Below, piece by piece: positions 25,639-35,648 of a stretch of 50,921 nucleotides of DNA (the first letter of the stretch is position 1; every line of letters begins with the position of its first letter). This DNA comes from an uncultured Pseudobdellovibrionaceae bacterium (GTDB lineage: Bacteria > Bdellovibrionota > Bdellovibrionia > Bdellovibrionales > JAGQZY01). A program made the position numbers and the translations under genes. The notes under the pieces are model-generated. The model made no database searches. It saw nothing but the letters and a program-made list of their open reading frames with translations, and was not told where the DNA came from. The stretch is from positions 1-50,921 of the forward strand of contig CAYRIE010000001.1 in NCBI GenBank assembly GCA_964424215.1. Reading direction: 5' to 3'.

Positions 25639-28064
25639 TGCGCAGCTCGAGAATTCTACCCTTACTGCTTTTTTTGCTGGTGCTTGCCGCCGCACCTGCT
25701 GAGGCTCGCTTTGTCGATCCTGCAGGTGAGGTGGAATTCACCTCCGATCCGGTGCCCCCGGCTCCGCCGACCAGCTCCTGGTCGAAGCTGAAGTCTTGGA
25801 CGAAGGAAAAAATTGAAACTGTCAAAGCGGAGGCGCGCAGCCGCGGCTGGCTGCCCTCTGAAGAAGAGCGCAATGAAGCTCTGGCCAAAAAAGTTCAAAA
25901 AGAGGCCGGTGTTGAGCCCGTGGTCACAGACGAGCTGACGGCGATCGCTGAGAGCTACTCGCCTGAACAGGTGGCTGAGGCCACCGAGCGGGTCCGCAGC
26001 TCTTCAATCCTTACGGAGCAAGGTAAGGCAAGGCCTCACGGGCCGGAGCTGGAAGCTAGTGAAACCGGAGTGCCGCGCTACCAAGTCCGCGTTCCAGCGG
26101 GTGAGAAGGTGCACCTTCCCCGATTGAATGTGGGTAGAGAGCCCAAACTGAGCCGTAAAGACTTAAAGGTCCCAAGCTTTGATATGGCTCGCATCACCAA
26201 AGACATGTCGCTTAAGATTCACCAAGATCGGGAGCTGAGCGCACAGGACGAGAAGTTTTTAGCCAACATGACCCTGCAGGCCCATCGACCCATCAAGACC
26301 TACGAGGTTGAGATTCTCACCAACAAGCAGATCGATGATCTAAAAGTGAGGGTGGCTGAAATTAAGGCCGCTATTGAGCCTTTGGCGGCTCTTGAACTTA
26401 AAGAATTTAACGAATTCACTCAAGACGACAAAGACATGCTCAGTGCCCTGATTCTGATTCAGAACCACAACCAGTGCTCAGCTGCCGTCTCGCTGCTTCA
26501 CAGGCTGACCAAGACAGATCACGCCGGCGAGGCTTATTATCATCTGTCCATGTGCCAGAAGAGTCTGGATCTAAAGTCTGAGGCCGCCTTCAGCGCCGTT
26601 GAGGTGATGAATCGAGGCCAAGCTGAATATGTGGCCGACGTTGTGGGTGCTCTTGGAAGCGATATTGCGTACGAACATCTGGAGGCTTACTCGCGTGGCC
26701 TTTTAAGGTCCATCACTCAGCCCGCACTTAAAATTATGGAAGATCCCAAGCGCGCCGCTGACGTTGCTATGGTTCTTACTGAGTACGGTGCGGCCACGGG
26801 CAGGTACAAACTGGCGCGGGACTGGGGCGCTAAGGTCCCCTCGGCTCACCCCAAATACTTTCAAGCACTCTATATGAAGGCCGTGGCTGAATACGCTTTG
26901 GGAAGTGAAAAGCAAAGTCTATCGACCCAAGAAAAGTTAATGGAGCTGCTTAAGGCCTCCACGGATCAAGACGTTCGGACTTTGGCTGCTGTGAATTTAG
27001 GGCGGCTTCAGTTCCAAAGCGGCAAATTCCAGGCTGCTCAAAAGAGCCTCCATGCCGTGGATAAAAACCATCCGCTTTGGATCCAGTCCCTACTTGAAAT
27101 GGGCTGGAGCCAACTGCAGTACGGTGACTTTGCTGGTGCCATCGGAAATATGTATTCGATCCACTCGCCCTTTTTTCAGTACGTCTACAAGCCGGAGTCC
27201 TACGTTGTCCGCACCATCGGCTACCTGAACCTGTGCCAGTACGCTGACGCTTACCGAACGCTTTCCACCCTGGAGAAGGACTATCGCCCAGCGCTGGCAA
27301 AAATAGAGAGCTATATCAAGGAAAACCGGCATGCCAAAAACTTCTATCAGACGGTGAGAACCTATATGCGGTCTAAGTCCACCAGCGACATCGATGGGCT
27401 TCCGCCCCAAGTGATTCGCGAGATGGCGCGGCATAAAGACTTTTTGAACCTTCAAGGAGCATTCAACCGCAACGTGGACGAAAAGCAGAAGGTTCAAAAC
27501 TTAGATGGCGCCATTCGCAGAAATATGAATAGGGCCAATCACCTCATCAGCTCTACTCAGGAGCGGCTAGCTCGCCTAGATCAAGAGTTAAAATCCCTGG
27601 GCACAGCTCAGAGCAAGTCGGTGCGAACCGAGCTACAGGTTCAGGCAGAGATTCAGTCTGAGCAGCAGCGTCTGGCAAGCTACAAATACATCCTAGAAAT
27701 TCATAAGCGCACGCGCACCTTGCTGCCCTCTTACGCTAGGGCCGCCAGCGTAAGAACCGCGCGCGTTTTGGACCGTACTCGCGCGGACATTGAGAAAAAG
27801 TTGGCCGCTCGCCTTTACCGGATGCGAGACGGACTGGCACGCATTTTAGAAGCCAACGAGTTTTTGCGCTACGAGGTGTTCTCTGGCAGTGGAGAGAACA
27901 TTCGGTTCGAACTGGCCGGTGGTGAGAAGGCGGGCAAACGGGTTCCCGCAAGTGTCATGCCCAGGTCTAAGGAGCTGCGGTGGTCCTTTGATGGCGAATA
28001 CTGGGCAGATGAAATCGGCCACTACCGCTCCTCACTGAAAAGCAATTGTCCGGAAAGAAATTAG
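25635..28064 (+). CDS. Large secreted TPR-like / helical repeat protein (GltC/NfsC-like candidate)
   Basis: 809 aa. Signal peptide (LLLFLLVLAAAPAEA), helical repeat content, and a coiled-coil-like C-terminal third. The start overlaps the OMP stop. Confidence 0.45.
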   Translation: MMRSSRILPLLLFLLVLAAAPAEARFVDPAGEVEFTSDPVPPAPPTSSWSKLKSWTKEKIETVKAEARSRGWLPSEEERNEALAKKVQKEAGVEPVVTDELTAIAESYSPEQVAEATERVRSSSILTEQGKARPHGPELEASETGVPRYQVRVPAGEKVHLPRLNVGREPKLSRKDLKVPSFDMARITKDMSLKIHQDRELSAQDEKFLANMTLQAHRPIKTYEVEILTNKQIDDLKVRVAEIKAAIEPLAALELKEFNEFTQDDKDMLSALILIQNHNQCSAAVSLLHRLTKTDHAGEAYYHLSMCQKSLDLKSEAAFSAVEVMNRGQAEYVADVVGALGSDIAYEHLEAYSRGLLRSITQPALKIMEDPKRAADVAMVLTEYGAATGRYKLARDWGAKVPSAHPKYFQALYMKAVAEYALGSEKQSLSTQEKLMELLKASTDQDVRTLAAVNLGRLQFQSGKFQAAQKSLHAVDKNHPLWIQSLLEMGWSQLQYGDFAGAIGNMYSIHSPFFQYVYKPESYVVRTIGYLNLCQYADAYRTLSTLEKDYRPALAKIESYIKENRHAKNFYQTVRTYMRSKSTSDIDGLPPQVIREMARHKDFLNLQGAFNRNVDEKQKVQNLDGAIRRNMNRANHLISSTQERLARLDQELKSLGTAQSKSVRTELQVQAEIQSEQQRLASYKYILEIHKRTRTLLPSYARAASVRTARVLDRTRADIEKKLAARLYRMRDGLARILEANEFLRYEVFSGSGENIRFELAGGEKAGKRVPASVMPRSKELRWSFDGEYWADEIGHYRSSLKSNCPERN

Positions 28065-28080
28065 ATTAAGGGAGAGTTTC

Positions 28081-28716
28081 ATGAAATTTAGACTACTAAC
28101 CATCGCTGTGTTCGCTGTAGCTGCCTCCGTGGCCTGGGCCAAAACTGAAATTGCGGCCGAGGTGGAGCGCCTGAAAGCTAATGCCGAAAACAGCAATCAC
28201 AACTTAAAGCAATACGAAGAGAACCTGGAAGTCGTTAAGCATAACGTCAAAGAGGTTCGCCAGGCGCTAAAAGGAGTGGAAGAGTCCAGAGCCCAGGTGG
28301 CCAGTAACATCCGGTCCGTGGAAGAGAACGAGCAGCTCATTATGAAAACGATTGCTGATCTGAACACCGAGATTTCGGCGGAACGCTCGGTGATCAATGA
28401 AGATCAGAAAAAGATGGCTGAGATCGAAAAGATTCTTGAGCGCCTGCGCGCTAACATTCAGAAACGCGAAGACAATATCAAAGTCTACCAGGCCCGCACT
28501 GAGGAGCTTAAGCAGATGAAATCTCAGCTTGCTGAGCGCAACCGGTCCGTTCAGGAGCTGACGGCTAGCCTCAATGACAAGAATAAAGCTCTTCTGGAAG
28601 AGCAAAAACTCTGGGCCGAAAAAGAAAAAGAGTATGCTGCCGAAGTTTCCAAATGGCGCAAGCACCGGGCGGAATCTCAGCAGATGCACAAAGATTTTGA
28701 TCGGCTGAAGAAGTAG
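28081..28716 (+). CDS. Secreted coiled-coil protein, 211 aa
   Basis: Signal peptide (LLTIAVFAVAASVAWA), then continuous heptad-like E/K/Q/L-rich sequence. It is the last gene of the same-strand cluster. Confidence 0.5.
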   Translation: MKFRLLTIAVFAVAASVAWAKTEIAAEVERLKANAENSNHNLKQYEENLEVVKHNVKEVRQALKGVEESRAQVASNIRSVEENEQLIMKTIADLNTEISAERSVINEDQKKMAEIEKILERLRANIQKREDNIKVYQARTEELKQMKSQLAERNRSVQELTASLNDKNKALLEEQKLWAEKEKEYAAEVSKWRKHRAESQQMHKDFDRLKK

Positions 28717-28718
28717 TT

Positions 28719-30524
28719 TTAGCCGCTCGTGGTGGAGGTGCTGGGTGAGCCAACTAAGGTCTGCCCAGCAAGGCCCTGGGCTCGGTACAGGTCTGCATAG
28801 ATCCCACCGCGCGCAAGAAGTTCAGTGTGGGAGCCTTGTTCCTTTAGCTCCCCATCCTTGAGCACTAATATCTTATCGCAGTGAAGAATCGTCGAGAGTC
28901 GGTGCGCAATGATCAGGCTGGTCCGATCCTTGGTCACCTCTTTTGTGGCAAACTGAATGGCGGCCTCACTCTCTGAATCGATGTTGGCCGTTGCCTCATC
29001 TAATATCAAGATCTCAGGATCATAAGCCAGCACCCGAGCGAAAGCGAGAAGCTGGCGCTCGCCGTGACTAAAGTTAGAGCCCTTCTCTTCGACTTTAGCT
29101 CCAAGGCCGCCCCTGCGGTCCATAAGGCGGGTGGCATGGGCGCGCTCTAGTGCTTCCTGGATCCTCTCCGTTGAAATCGCAGGATTGTTCAGCGAGATGT
29201 TCTCACCTAAGGTGCCTCGAAAAAGGAAGTTATCCTGCAAGACCACCCCAATCCTAGCGCGCACAAAGCGGCGCGGGATGGATTTAAGAGGGGTTCCGTC
29301 AAAGTAGATCTCGCCCTCATTGTAGTCATAAAGACGCTGAAGCAGGGAGATAATGCTCGTTTTGCCACTGCCTGTTCGGCCCACGAGCGCAATGCTCTGC
29401 CCTGGCTGAACTTCAAAGGAGAGATCCTTAAGGACCGGCTCCGAGTAGCCTGGATAGGTAAAGCCGACCCGGTCAAAGACGATGTGACCTTTAAGCTCCT
29501 TGGGGCGCTCCGGAAGAGCGGGCGGGGCTTCAGGCTTTTCATCTAACAGAGTGAAGATCCTTTCAGCGCCCGTAAGCGAGTTCTGAAACTGCTGAAACCT
29601 TTCCAGAATGATGCGCATGGGATGCACAAAGTCCTGAACGTGAAGGATAAAGGCCACCAAAAGACCCAGCGCCAGACCTTCGGTGCGGTTCAAATAGCCG
29701 CCGTAGAGCAGGGCTGCAATGATTGCGGCAGCGTTGAAAAACGCTACCGACGGCCATAGAAGTGCAAAGAGTTTGACGGTGCGCCACTGAGCCAGCTTGT
29801 AGTCCTCCGAGCGAGATTCAAAGCGGGCGATCTGTTTGGGCACTTGAGAGTAGGCCTGAATGATCTTCATGCCGTTGATGTTTTCGGCCACAAAGGCGTT
29901 AATCCTTGCCAGGTGACGTTTGGTCTCTCGCATGGCCAGCCGGATGAGGTGGCTTAAGAAAAGACCTGCGCCCACCATCAGAGGCATGCTGATCATGGCC
30001 ACCGCAGTCAGCTTGGGTGATATCAGCAGCATAGCTATCAAAATAAAGATCAAGCTCAGAAGCTGAGCGAACACTTCGATAAGTCCCTGGGTGAAGAGCT
30101 CACCTAAGGACTCCACGTCGTTCGTCATCCGGGTCACAATGCGCCCAGATGGGTTCCGGTCAAAGTAGCTCATCGGCAAACTTTGCAGGTGAACGATAAG
30201 TTGGTGGCGAAGATCGTGGAGCACTCGGTTGCCCAGCTTAAAGAACAGATAGCGATGGGCAAAAAGCAAAAACGCTTTTAGAACTTCCAGCGCAAAGTAA
30301 ATGCCAGCTAGCACCAGCACGGTCCGGTAGCTGTTTTGTAAGAATCCATCATCAATAGCTCGGCCCACGATGTTCGGCAGCAGCCGCCCCACAAGCGCAA
30401 AGGTAACGATGGCTAGGACGGTTCCCCACAGGAGCCAGCGGTAGCGAGCCATAAAGGGCCACAGCTTCATGAACAGCCGGGGTAGGGAAATGCGGTTGGT
30501 CACCTCATCGTCGTAGATACTCAC
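28719..30524 (-). CDS. ABC exporter, fused TMD-NBD half-transporter (MdlB/MsbA-like)
   Basis: Six-TM exporter domain, then Walker A GRTGSGKTS, signature FSHGERQLLAFARVL, Walker B ILILDEATANID. Confidence 0.85.
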   Translation of the reverse strand: MSIYDDEVTNRISLPRLFMKLWPFMARYRWLLWGTVLAIVTFALVGRLLPNIVGRAIDDGFLQNSYRTVLVLAGIYFALEVLKAFLLFAHRYLFFKLGNRVLHDLRHQLIVHLQSLPMSYFDRNPSGRIVTRMTNDVESLGELFTQGLIEVFAQLLSLIFILIAMLLISPKLTAVAMISMPLMVGAGLFLSHLIRLAMRETKRHLARINAFVAENINGMKIIQAYSQVPKQIARFESRSEDYKLAQWRTVKLFALLWPSVAFFNAAAIIAALLYGGYLNRTEGLALGLLVAFILHVQDFVHPMRIILERFQQFQNSLTGAERIFTLLDEKPEAPPALPERPKELKGHIVFDRVGFTYPGYSEPVLKDLSFEVQPGQSIALVGRTGSGKTSIISLLQRLYDYNEGEIYFDGTPLKSIPRRFVRARIGVVLQDNFLFRGTLGENISLNNPAISTERIQEALERAHATRLMDRRGGLGAKVEEKGSNFSHGERQLLAFARVLAYDPEILILDEATANIDSESEAAIQFATKEVTKDRTSLIIAHRLSTILHCDKILVLKDGELKEQGSHTELLARGGIYADLYRAQGLAGQTLVGSPSTSTTSG

Positions 30525-32281
30525 GCCTGTAGCTCCCTGAAAGCCCCCTGAAGGCGTGCAATGTTCTGAAACGTCGAAGAGGTTTCCATAAGTTCCGTTG
30601 CCGTGCCCACAGCCTCCACCTGGCCATCCTTTAATACCAGAATCTTGTCAGCGTGCTTAAGTGTTGCCAGACGGTGACTGATAATGATGCTGATCTGGCC
30701 TGACTCTCTCTCGTTAAGGTTCTCTAAGATACGGCTTTCCGTGCGGCCATCGACGGCGCTCAACGAGTCGTCAAAAATTGTGACGTCACTTTGCCGTATC
30801 AGGGCTCGTGCTAAAGCCAATCGCTGCTTTTGCCCGCCAGAGAGATTTACGCCTCGCTCGCCGATCACGGATTCGGCCCCATGAACCATGGAGCTGGCCT
30901 CATCCAGAAGGTTCACCTGATCCAAAACCCGTCTGAGGGCAGATTCAGAGGCGCGGCTTTTCAGACCAAAGCTTACGTTGTCTACGAGGGTGTCCGTAAA
31001 AAGAAAAGCTTCCTGGGGGATGAGCGAAATCCTTTGTCCCAGGGTAGAGCGTTGATACTCCTCCAGCGGGAGGCCATTGAGGAAGATGGACTGAGGCGGC
31101 ACGGGCCACAGATGGCAAAGAGCTTGAACAAGGGTGGATTTGCCAGCGCCGACAGGACCGACAATTCCTAAGGTCTCTCCTTCTCTGATCGTCAGACTCA
31201 CATCTTTAAGAGCGGGGACCGCCTCTCCGGGGTAGGTGAACGTTAGGTCGCGAAATTCGATGGACTTTACCGGGCCTAGGCTGTGCTCGCCCCCCTCTGG
31301 TAGATCCAGCGGCTCCTGAATGAGCTTGTTGATGCGCTGATAGGAGGCCTTGGCTTGCTGAACAAAGGTCACCCCTGCTCCGAGGGCAGCCATGGGCCAG
31401 ATCATTCTTTGAATGTACTGCTGAAAGGCCACCAACGTCCCAAGGGACGCGGCACCTGAAATCACGTCATCTGAGCTAACCACCAGAAGAATGGCAACGC
31501 CGCAGGCCACGGCAAATTCCAAAATCGGGTGAAACATGGAATCGACCAGCGCCACGCGGTTACTGGCTTTTTCCAGAGCCTTGCTCTTCACATCGTAAAA
31601 GGAGGTCTGATGATCTTCCTGGGCGTAGCTTTTGATCACCTTGATTCCTGAAGCCACCTCCTGGGTCATACCCGAAAGGTCGGCAAATTTATCTTGGCGC
31701 ACCTTAAAGGTCTCGTGGATCAGGTGCTCGATTTTTTGAATTACAAACGGTGTAAAGGGCAGCAGCACCAGCGTTTTTAAGGTCCACTCCCAATTGAGCC
31801 AAAACATCACCGGCAAAATGAAGATGGTTAGGAAAGCGCCATCAAAGAGAATGAGCGTTCCAGGACCTATTCCCATTCGGAAGGCATTCACATCATTGGT
31901 GACTAGACTCATCAACTCGCCGGTGGGGCTTTTCTGGAAAAATGAAGAGCCCAGGCGGGTGAGCTTGTGAAAGATGACATTGCGAAGGTCATCGGCCACA
32001 CCGTGGTGAAAGCGCCCAAAGAAGATTCGCCATAAATACCGAAACAAGGCCACAGCTGCTAAAGTTCCAGTAAAGATCAGGCAGGTCCGCAGCAGATCGG
32101 AAAACGGCACTTGCGCTTGAATCTGATCGAGCGCCTGCTTTAAGAGTAAGGGCGCCACCACATCCAAGAGGTTGGTGAAAAACAGGGCCGCGATTCCCAG
32201 GGAAAACAGCCGGCGGTATTTTTTGAAGTAATAGCGGAAGGGTCGGTCCGAGGCCGGCGTTTCCAAATCCAGTTCGAGCAT
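30521..32281 (-). CDS. ABC exporter, fused TMD-NBD half-transporter (MdlA-like partner)
   Basis: Walker A GPVGAGKST, signature LSGGQKQRLALARAL, Walker B VTIFDDSLSAVD. 4 nt overlap with the downstream partner. I used the ATG at 32281 (MLELDLE); the ORF-track TTG at 32317 is an alternative. Confidence 0.8.
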   Translation of the reverse strand: MLELDLETPASDRPFRYYFKKYRRLFSLGIAALFFTNLLDVVAPLLLKQALDQIQAQVPFSDLLRTCLIFTGTLAAVALFRYLWRIFFGRFHHGVADDLRNVIFHKLTRLGSSFFQKSPTGELMSLVTNDVNAFRMGIGPGTLILFDGAFLTIFILPVMFWLNWEWTLKTLVLLPFTPFVIQKIEHLIHETFKVRQDKFADLSGMTQEVASGIKVIKSYAQEDHQTSFYDVKSKALEKASNRVALVDSMFHPILEFAVACGVAILLVVSSDDVISGAASLGTLVAFQQYIQRMIWPMAALGAGVTFVQQAKASYQRINKLIQEPLDLPEGGEHSLGPVKSIEFRDLTFTYPGEAVPALKDVSLTIREGETLGIVGPVGAGKSTLVQALCHLWPVPPQSIFLNGLPLEEYQRSTLGQRISLIPQEAFLFTDTLVDNVSFGLKSRASESALRRVLDQVNLLDEASSMVHGAESVIGERGVNLSGGQKQRLALARALIRQSDVTIFDDSLSAVDGRTESRILENLNERESGQISIIISHRLATLKHADKILVLKDGQVEAVGTATELMETSSTFQNIARLQGAFRELQA

Positions 32282-32371
32282 GGGAATTAAGATGCAGAGG
32301 CCCAGCTCTGTAGGCAAGAGCTTTTTCTTGATCCTCCTAATGATTTGGGTACTCTATGAACTACAGCCGGG

Positions 32372-33205
32372 GTGCCCATGTTGACCGATAAGATTCCCTT
32401 TCTTAACAACCCAATGATGCTCAACACGATCTTGCTTTTGGTGGGGCTGCTGATCGTTAGGTATTTGGTGGTTCGAAGCATTCAAAACTCCAAGATCGGC
32501 TCCTTTGATCATCGCCGCCGGCTCATCGTTCACGTCAAAAACCTTGCGATGTTCCTGCTGTTCTTTGGACTCTTCTTGATCTGGGGTGCTGAGCTTCGCA
32601 ACTTTGCGCTCTCCATGGCAGCTGTTGCCGTGGCCTTTGCCGTGGCCAGCCGCGAGATCATCGTTTGTGTTCTTGGGGGCTTTTACCGGGTCAGCACCCG
32701 TCCTTTTGAGGTAGGGGACCGAATTGCCGTGGGTGATTACCGCGGGGATGTGATCGATCATGACTTTTTAAGCACCAAGTTGGTTGAAATCGGTCCAGGG
32801 ACTCAAACTCACCAGTTCACGGGGCGCATCGTTTCGGTGCCCAACTCCTTTTTTCTCTCCCACCCGGTTTTAAACGAAAGCAGGGAGCGTTATCAGCTGC
32901 ACGCCTTTCATGTGGTGGCGCCTTTGGATAAAGACTGGAAGGTGCGTCAGAGCTCACTTTTAGAGGCTGCTAAGGAAGAAAGCGCCGCTTACCTGAGTGA
33001 AGCTCAACGATTTTTAGAAAGAATCAGTCAAAAAGAGGGTTTTGAAGCCCCAAACGCCGAACCGAGGGTGAGTTTCCATTTCGATAAGCCCGACGAAGTC
33101 ACTTACGTGGTGCGGGTTCCGACCCCTGGGCTTCGCAAAGGACGTGTGGAGCAGGCCATCTTGCACAAGTACCTGGAGCGCACGACGCATCTGCTGGAAA
33201 CCTAA
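32372..33205 (+). CDS. Small-conductance mechanosensitive channel family protein
   Basis: TM helices followed by an MscS beta-domain signature (VSTRPFEVGDRIAVGDYRGDVIDHDFLSTKLVE). Confidence 0.75.
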   Translation: MPMLTDKIPFLNNPMMLNTILLLVGLLIVRYLVVRSIQNSKIGSFDHRRRLIVHVKNLAMFLLFFGLFLIWGAELRNFALSMAAVAVAFAVASREIIVCVLGGFYRVSTRPFEVGDRIAVGDYRGDVIDHDFLSTKLVEIGPGTQTHQFTGRIVSVPNSFFLSHPVLNESRERYQLHAFHVVAPLDKDWKVRQSSLLEAAKEESAAYLSEAQRFLERISQKEGFEAPNAEPRVSFHFDKPDEVTYVVRVPTPGLRKGRVEQAILHKYLERTTHLLET

Positions 33206-33429
33206 GTTAGGTACAGCGTTTTTATTAAGCCCTCCGGGCCCCAAAGCTGGGTTATTATTCGCCGCATAAGCCAATCTCCCAGGGGCTCCTTTTCCTGGAT
33301 AAATTCCTGTAATTCAAGTAGTTTTCAGCTACAAGAAAACTGAGCCGCCTTTCGGAATTCTCCGGCGGGCTCAAATGCTGAAACCTCTGACGGGTGACGG
33401 TGGGATTATCAATGGGAAAAGGTGATCAA

Positions 33430-33969
33430 ATGAGTCACGCAGTGACAAAGGAAAAGGACGAACACGAAGGGCTTATCTCGTCGTTTGGCCTGACCACGAA
33501 GTTCGAAACTTTTATCAACTGGGGGCGCAAAAACTCCTTGTGGCCGCTCCCCTACGGTACGGCCTGCTGTGGAATCGAGTTCATGTCCGTAGTGGGACCT
33601 CGGTACGACTTAGCTCGCTACGGGGCTGAGGTGGTGAGATTCTCTCCTCGTCAAGCGGACATGCTCATTGTCGCTGGGACCATCACAGAGAAAATGGCGC
33701 CTGTTCTTGTGCACATTTACGAGCAGATGCTCGAGCCAAAGTATGTGATTTCCATGGGTGCTTGCGCCAGCTCCGGTGGTTTTTACCGAGCCTATCACGT
33801 GCTTCAAGGTGTGGATAAGGTGATCCCTGTGGATGTTTATGTCCCTGGGTGTCCGCCCACTCCAGAAGCTGTCATCGACGGAATTATGCTACTTCAAAAA
33901 ATGATCGGCGATAACGCTCCTCGTCCGTGGAAAGATAATTGGGTGAACCCGTATGACAAACATCGATAG
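33430..33969 (+). CDS. nuoB: NADH-quinone oxidoreductase subunit B
   Basis: [22 protein letters not shown] ... GACASSGG ... VYVPGCPP (N2 cluster ligands). I chose the ATG at 33430 because of an AAGGTG 5-6 nt upstream. In-frame alternatives are at 33394 (GTG) and 33412 (ATG). Confidence 0.88.
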   Translation: MSHAVTKEKDEHEGLISSFGLTTKFETFINWGRKNSLWPLPYGTACCGIEFMSVVGPRYDLARYGAEVVRFSPRQADMLIVAGTITEKMAPVLVHIYEQMLEPKYVISMGACASSGGFYRAYHVLQGVDKVIPVDVYVPGCPPTPEAVIDGIMLLQKMIGDNAPRPWKDNWVNPYDKHR

Positions 33970-35638
33970 CCTCAAACAAGACCTCTTAAGTAAATTCCCA
34001 GCGGAGTTTCCAGACTTTGTATGGAACCATCAGTTTGGCGATCACTCTCTGACCGTTCCAAGAGGCATGATTCATCCTATCGTGGCTCACTTTAAAGCGG
34101 CGGGGCACTTTGACTTTCTGATGGATGTTTGCGGAGCCGACTACCCTGAAAGGCCGGCACGCTTTGAAGTGGTTTATCACTTTTTCTCCTCGCGCAACGC
34201 CCAGCGCCTGCGCCTTAAGACCCAGCTGCGAGAAAATGAAAGCGTTCGAACCGTGACGGATATCTGGCGCGGAGCCAATTGGTTCGAGCGCGAAGCGTGG
34301 GATATGTTCGGGATTCAGTTTGACGGACACCTTAATTTGAAGCGTCTGCTGAACCACCATCAATTTGTGGGTCACCCGCTAAGAAAGGACTACGATGCCG
34401 ACCACCAGCAGTCCTGCGACTCGGCACTGCCCATGCACTTTGATTTTGATCCCGCTTACAAGGCCCCCCAGGACATCAACCTAATTCCATTGAACATCGG
34501 GCCTTCGCATCCGTCCACTCACGGCACCTTACGCATCATGGCCGAGCTGGATGGCGAAACGGTTCACAGAGCAGGAGTTGAACTAGGGTTTCTCCACCGC
34601 TGTTTTGAAAAGATGGCAGAGACCCATCCTTACAACCAGGTGATCCCGTACACAGACCGGCTGAACTACTGCTCGGCTCCGATCAATAACATCGGCTACT
34701 GTAAAACCGTCGAGCGCATGATGGGGATTGAGATACCGCCCAAAGCTCAGGCCATGAGAATTATCTTAGCTGAGCTTTCTAGAATCATTGACCACATCGT
34801 TTGCCTCGGTGCCAATGCTGTGGACCTGGGTGCTCTAACTGGGTTCTTCCATCTGTTCACCTACCGCGAAAAGGTTTACACCTTGTTCGAAAAGCTATGT
34901 GGCGCGCGCTTGACCGTATCCCTCACACGTGTGGGCGGAATGGCACAAGAGGCTCCTCCGGGGTGGCTGCAGGATGTGCTGAACACCTGTAAAGAAATCC
35001 GTAAAGGGATCGATGAGATCGAAACACTGCTTTCTGGCAACCAGATTTGGATCCAGAGAACTCAAGGCATTGGCGCCATCTCTGCAGAGCAGGCCATTCA
35101 GTGGGGTTACACAGGGCCCTTGCTGCGAGCTGCAGGCGTAAGTCTTGATCTTCGCAAAACGGCTCCCTACTACGGTTACGAAACTCTCGACTTTGATATT
35201 CCCGTAGGATCCACGGGCGATTGCTATGAGCGCTACCTGGTTCGCGTTGAAGAGATGAAGCAATCTCTTAAGATCGTTGAACAGGTGGCCAAGAACGTTC
35301 CCTCTGGAGATTACATCGTTAGAGATCGCGGCGTAGCGCTTCCAGAAAAGCGCGACGTTTATGGCAACATCGAAGGTCTGATGAACCACTTCATGCTGGT
35401 GATTAAAGGTCTTCGCCCACCCGTGGGTGAGATTTATGACGCCACGGAAGCAGCTAACGGCGAGCTTGGGTTTTATCTGGTAAGCGATGGCTCGGCCAAT
35501 CCCTACCGTTTAAAAGTAAGGCCTCCCTGCTTTGCGATTTATCAGTCCTTTTCTGAGCAGGTGAAGGGTAGACAGGTGGCCGACGTGATCTCTGTGTTGG
35601 GCAGCATGAACTTAATTGCTGGCGAGCTGGACAGGTAG
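33953..35638 (+). CDS. nuoCD: NADH-quinone oxidoreductase fused subunits C/D
   Basis: 561 aa. NuoC-like N-terminus ([22 protein letters not shown]) and NuoD-like C-terminus ([16 protein letters not shown] ... DRLNYCSAP ... [10 protein letters not shown]). Confidence 0.9.
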   Translation: MTNIDSLKQDLLSKFPAEFPDFVWNHQFGDHSLTVPRGMIHPIVAHFKAAGHFDFLMDVCGADYPERPARFEVVYHFFSSRNAQRLRLKTQLRENESVRTVTDIWRGANWFEREAWDMFGIQFDGHLNLKRLLNHHQFVGHPLRKDYDADHQQSCDSALPMHFDFDPAYKAPQDINLIPLNIGPSHPSTHGTLRIMAELDGETVHRAGVELGFLHRCFEKMAETHPYNQVIPYTDRLNYCSAPINNIGYCKTVERMMGIEIPPKAQAMRIILAELSRIIDHIVCLGANAVDLGALTGFFHLFTYREKVYTLFEKLCGARLTVSLTRVGGMAQEAPPGWLQDVLNTCKEIRKGIDEIETLLSGNQIWIQRTQGIGAISAEQAIQWGYTGPLLRAAGVSLDLRKTAPYYGYETLDFDIPVGSTGDCYERYLVRVEEMKQSLKIVEQVAKNVPSGDYIVRDRGVALPEKRDVYGNIEGLMNHFMLVIKGLRPPVGEIYDATEAANGELGFYLVSDGSANPYRLKVRPPCFAIYQSFSEQVKGRQVADVISVLGSMNLIAGELDR

Positions 35639-35648
35639 GGGGTTGGAG

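Noticed and set aside
28719-32317. I considered whether the ABC exporter pair belongs to the motor cluster, for example as a secretion component.
   Set aside because: It is on the opposite strand and convergent. It looks like a generic MdlAB/MsbA-type heterodimeric exporter, and nothing links it functionally to the cluster.
33320-33341. Hairpin AGTTTTC-AGCTACAA-GAAAACT, and a nearby CCGCC...GGCGG pairing, in the nuoB leader.
   Set aside because: The stems are short (7 bp and 5 bp) with no recognisable riboswitch or attenuator logic. They could be part of an MscS terminator or a nuo leader structure, but the evidence is insufficient.
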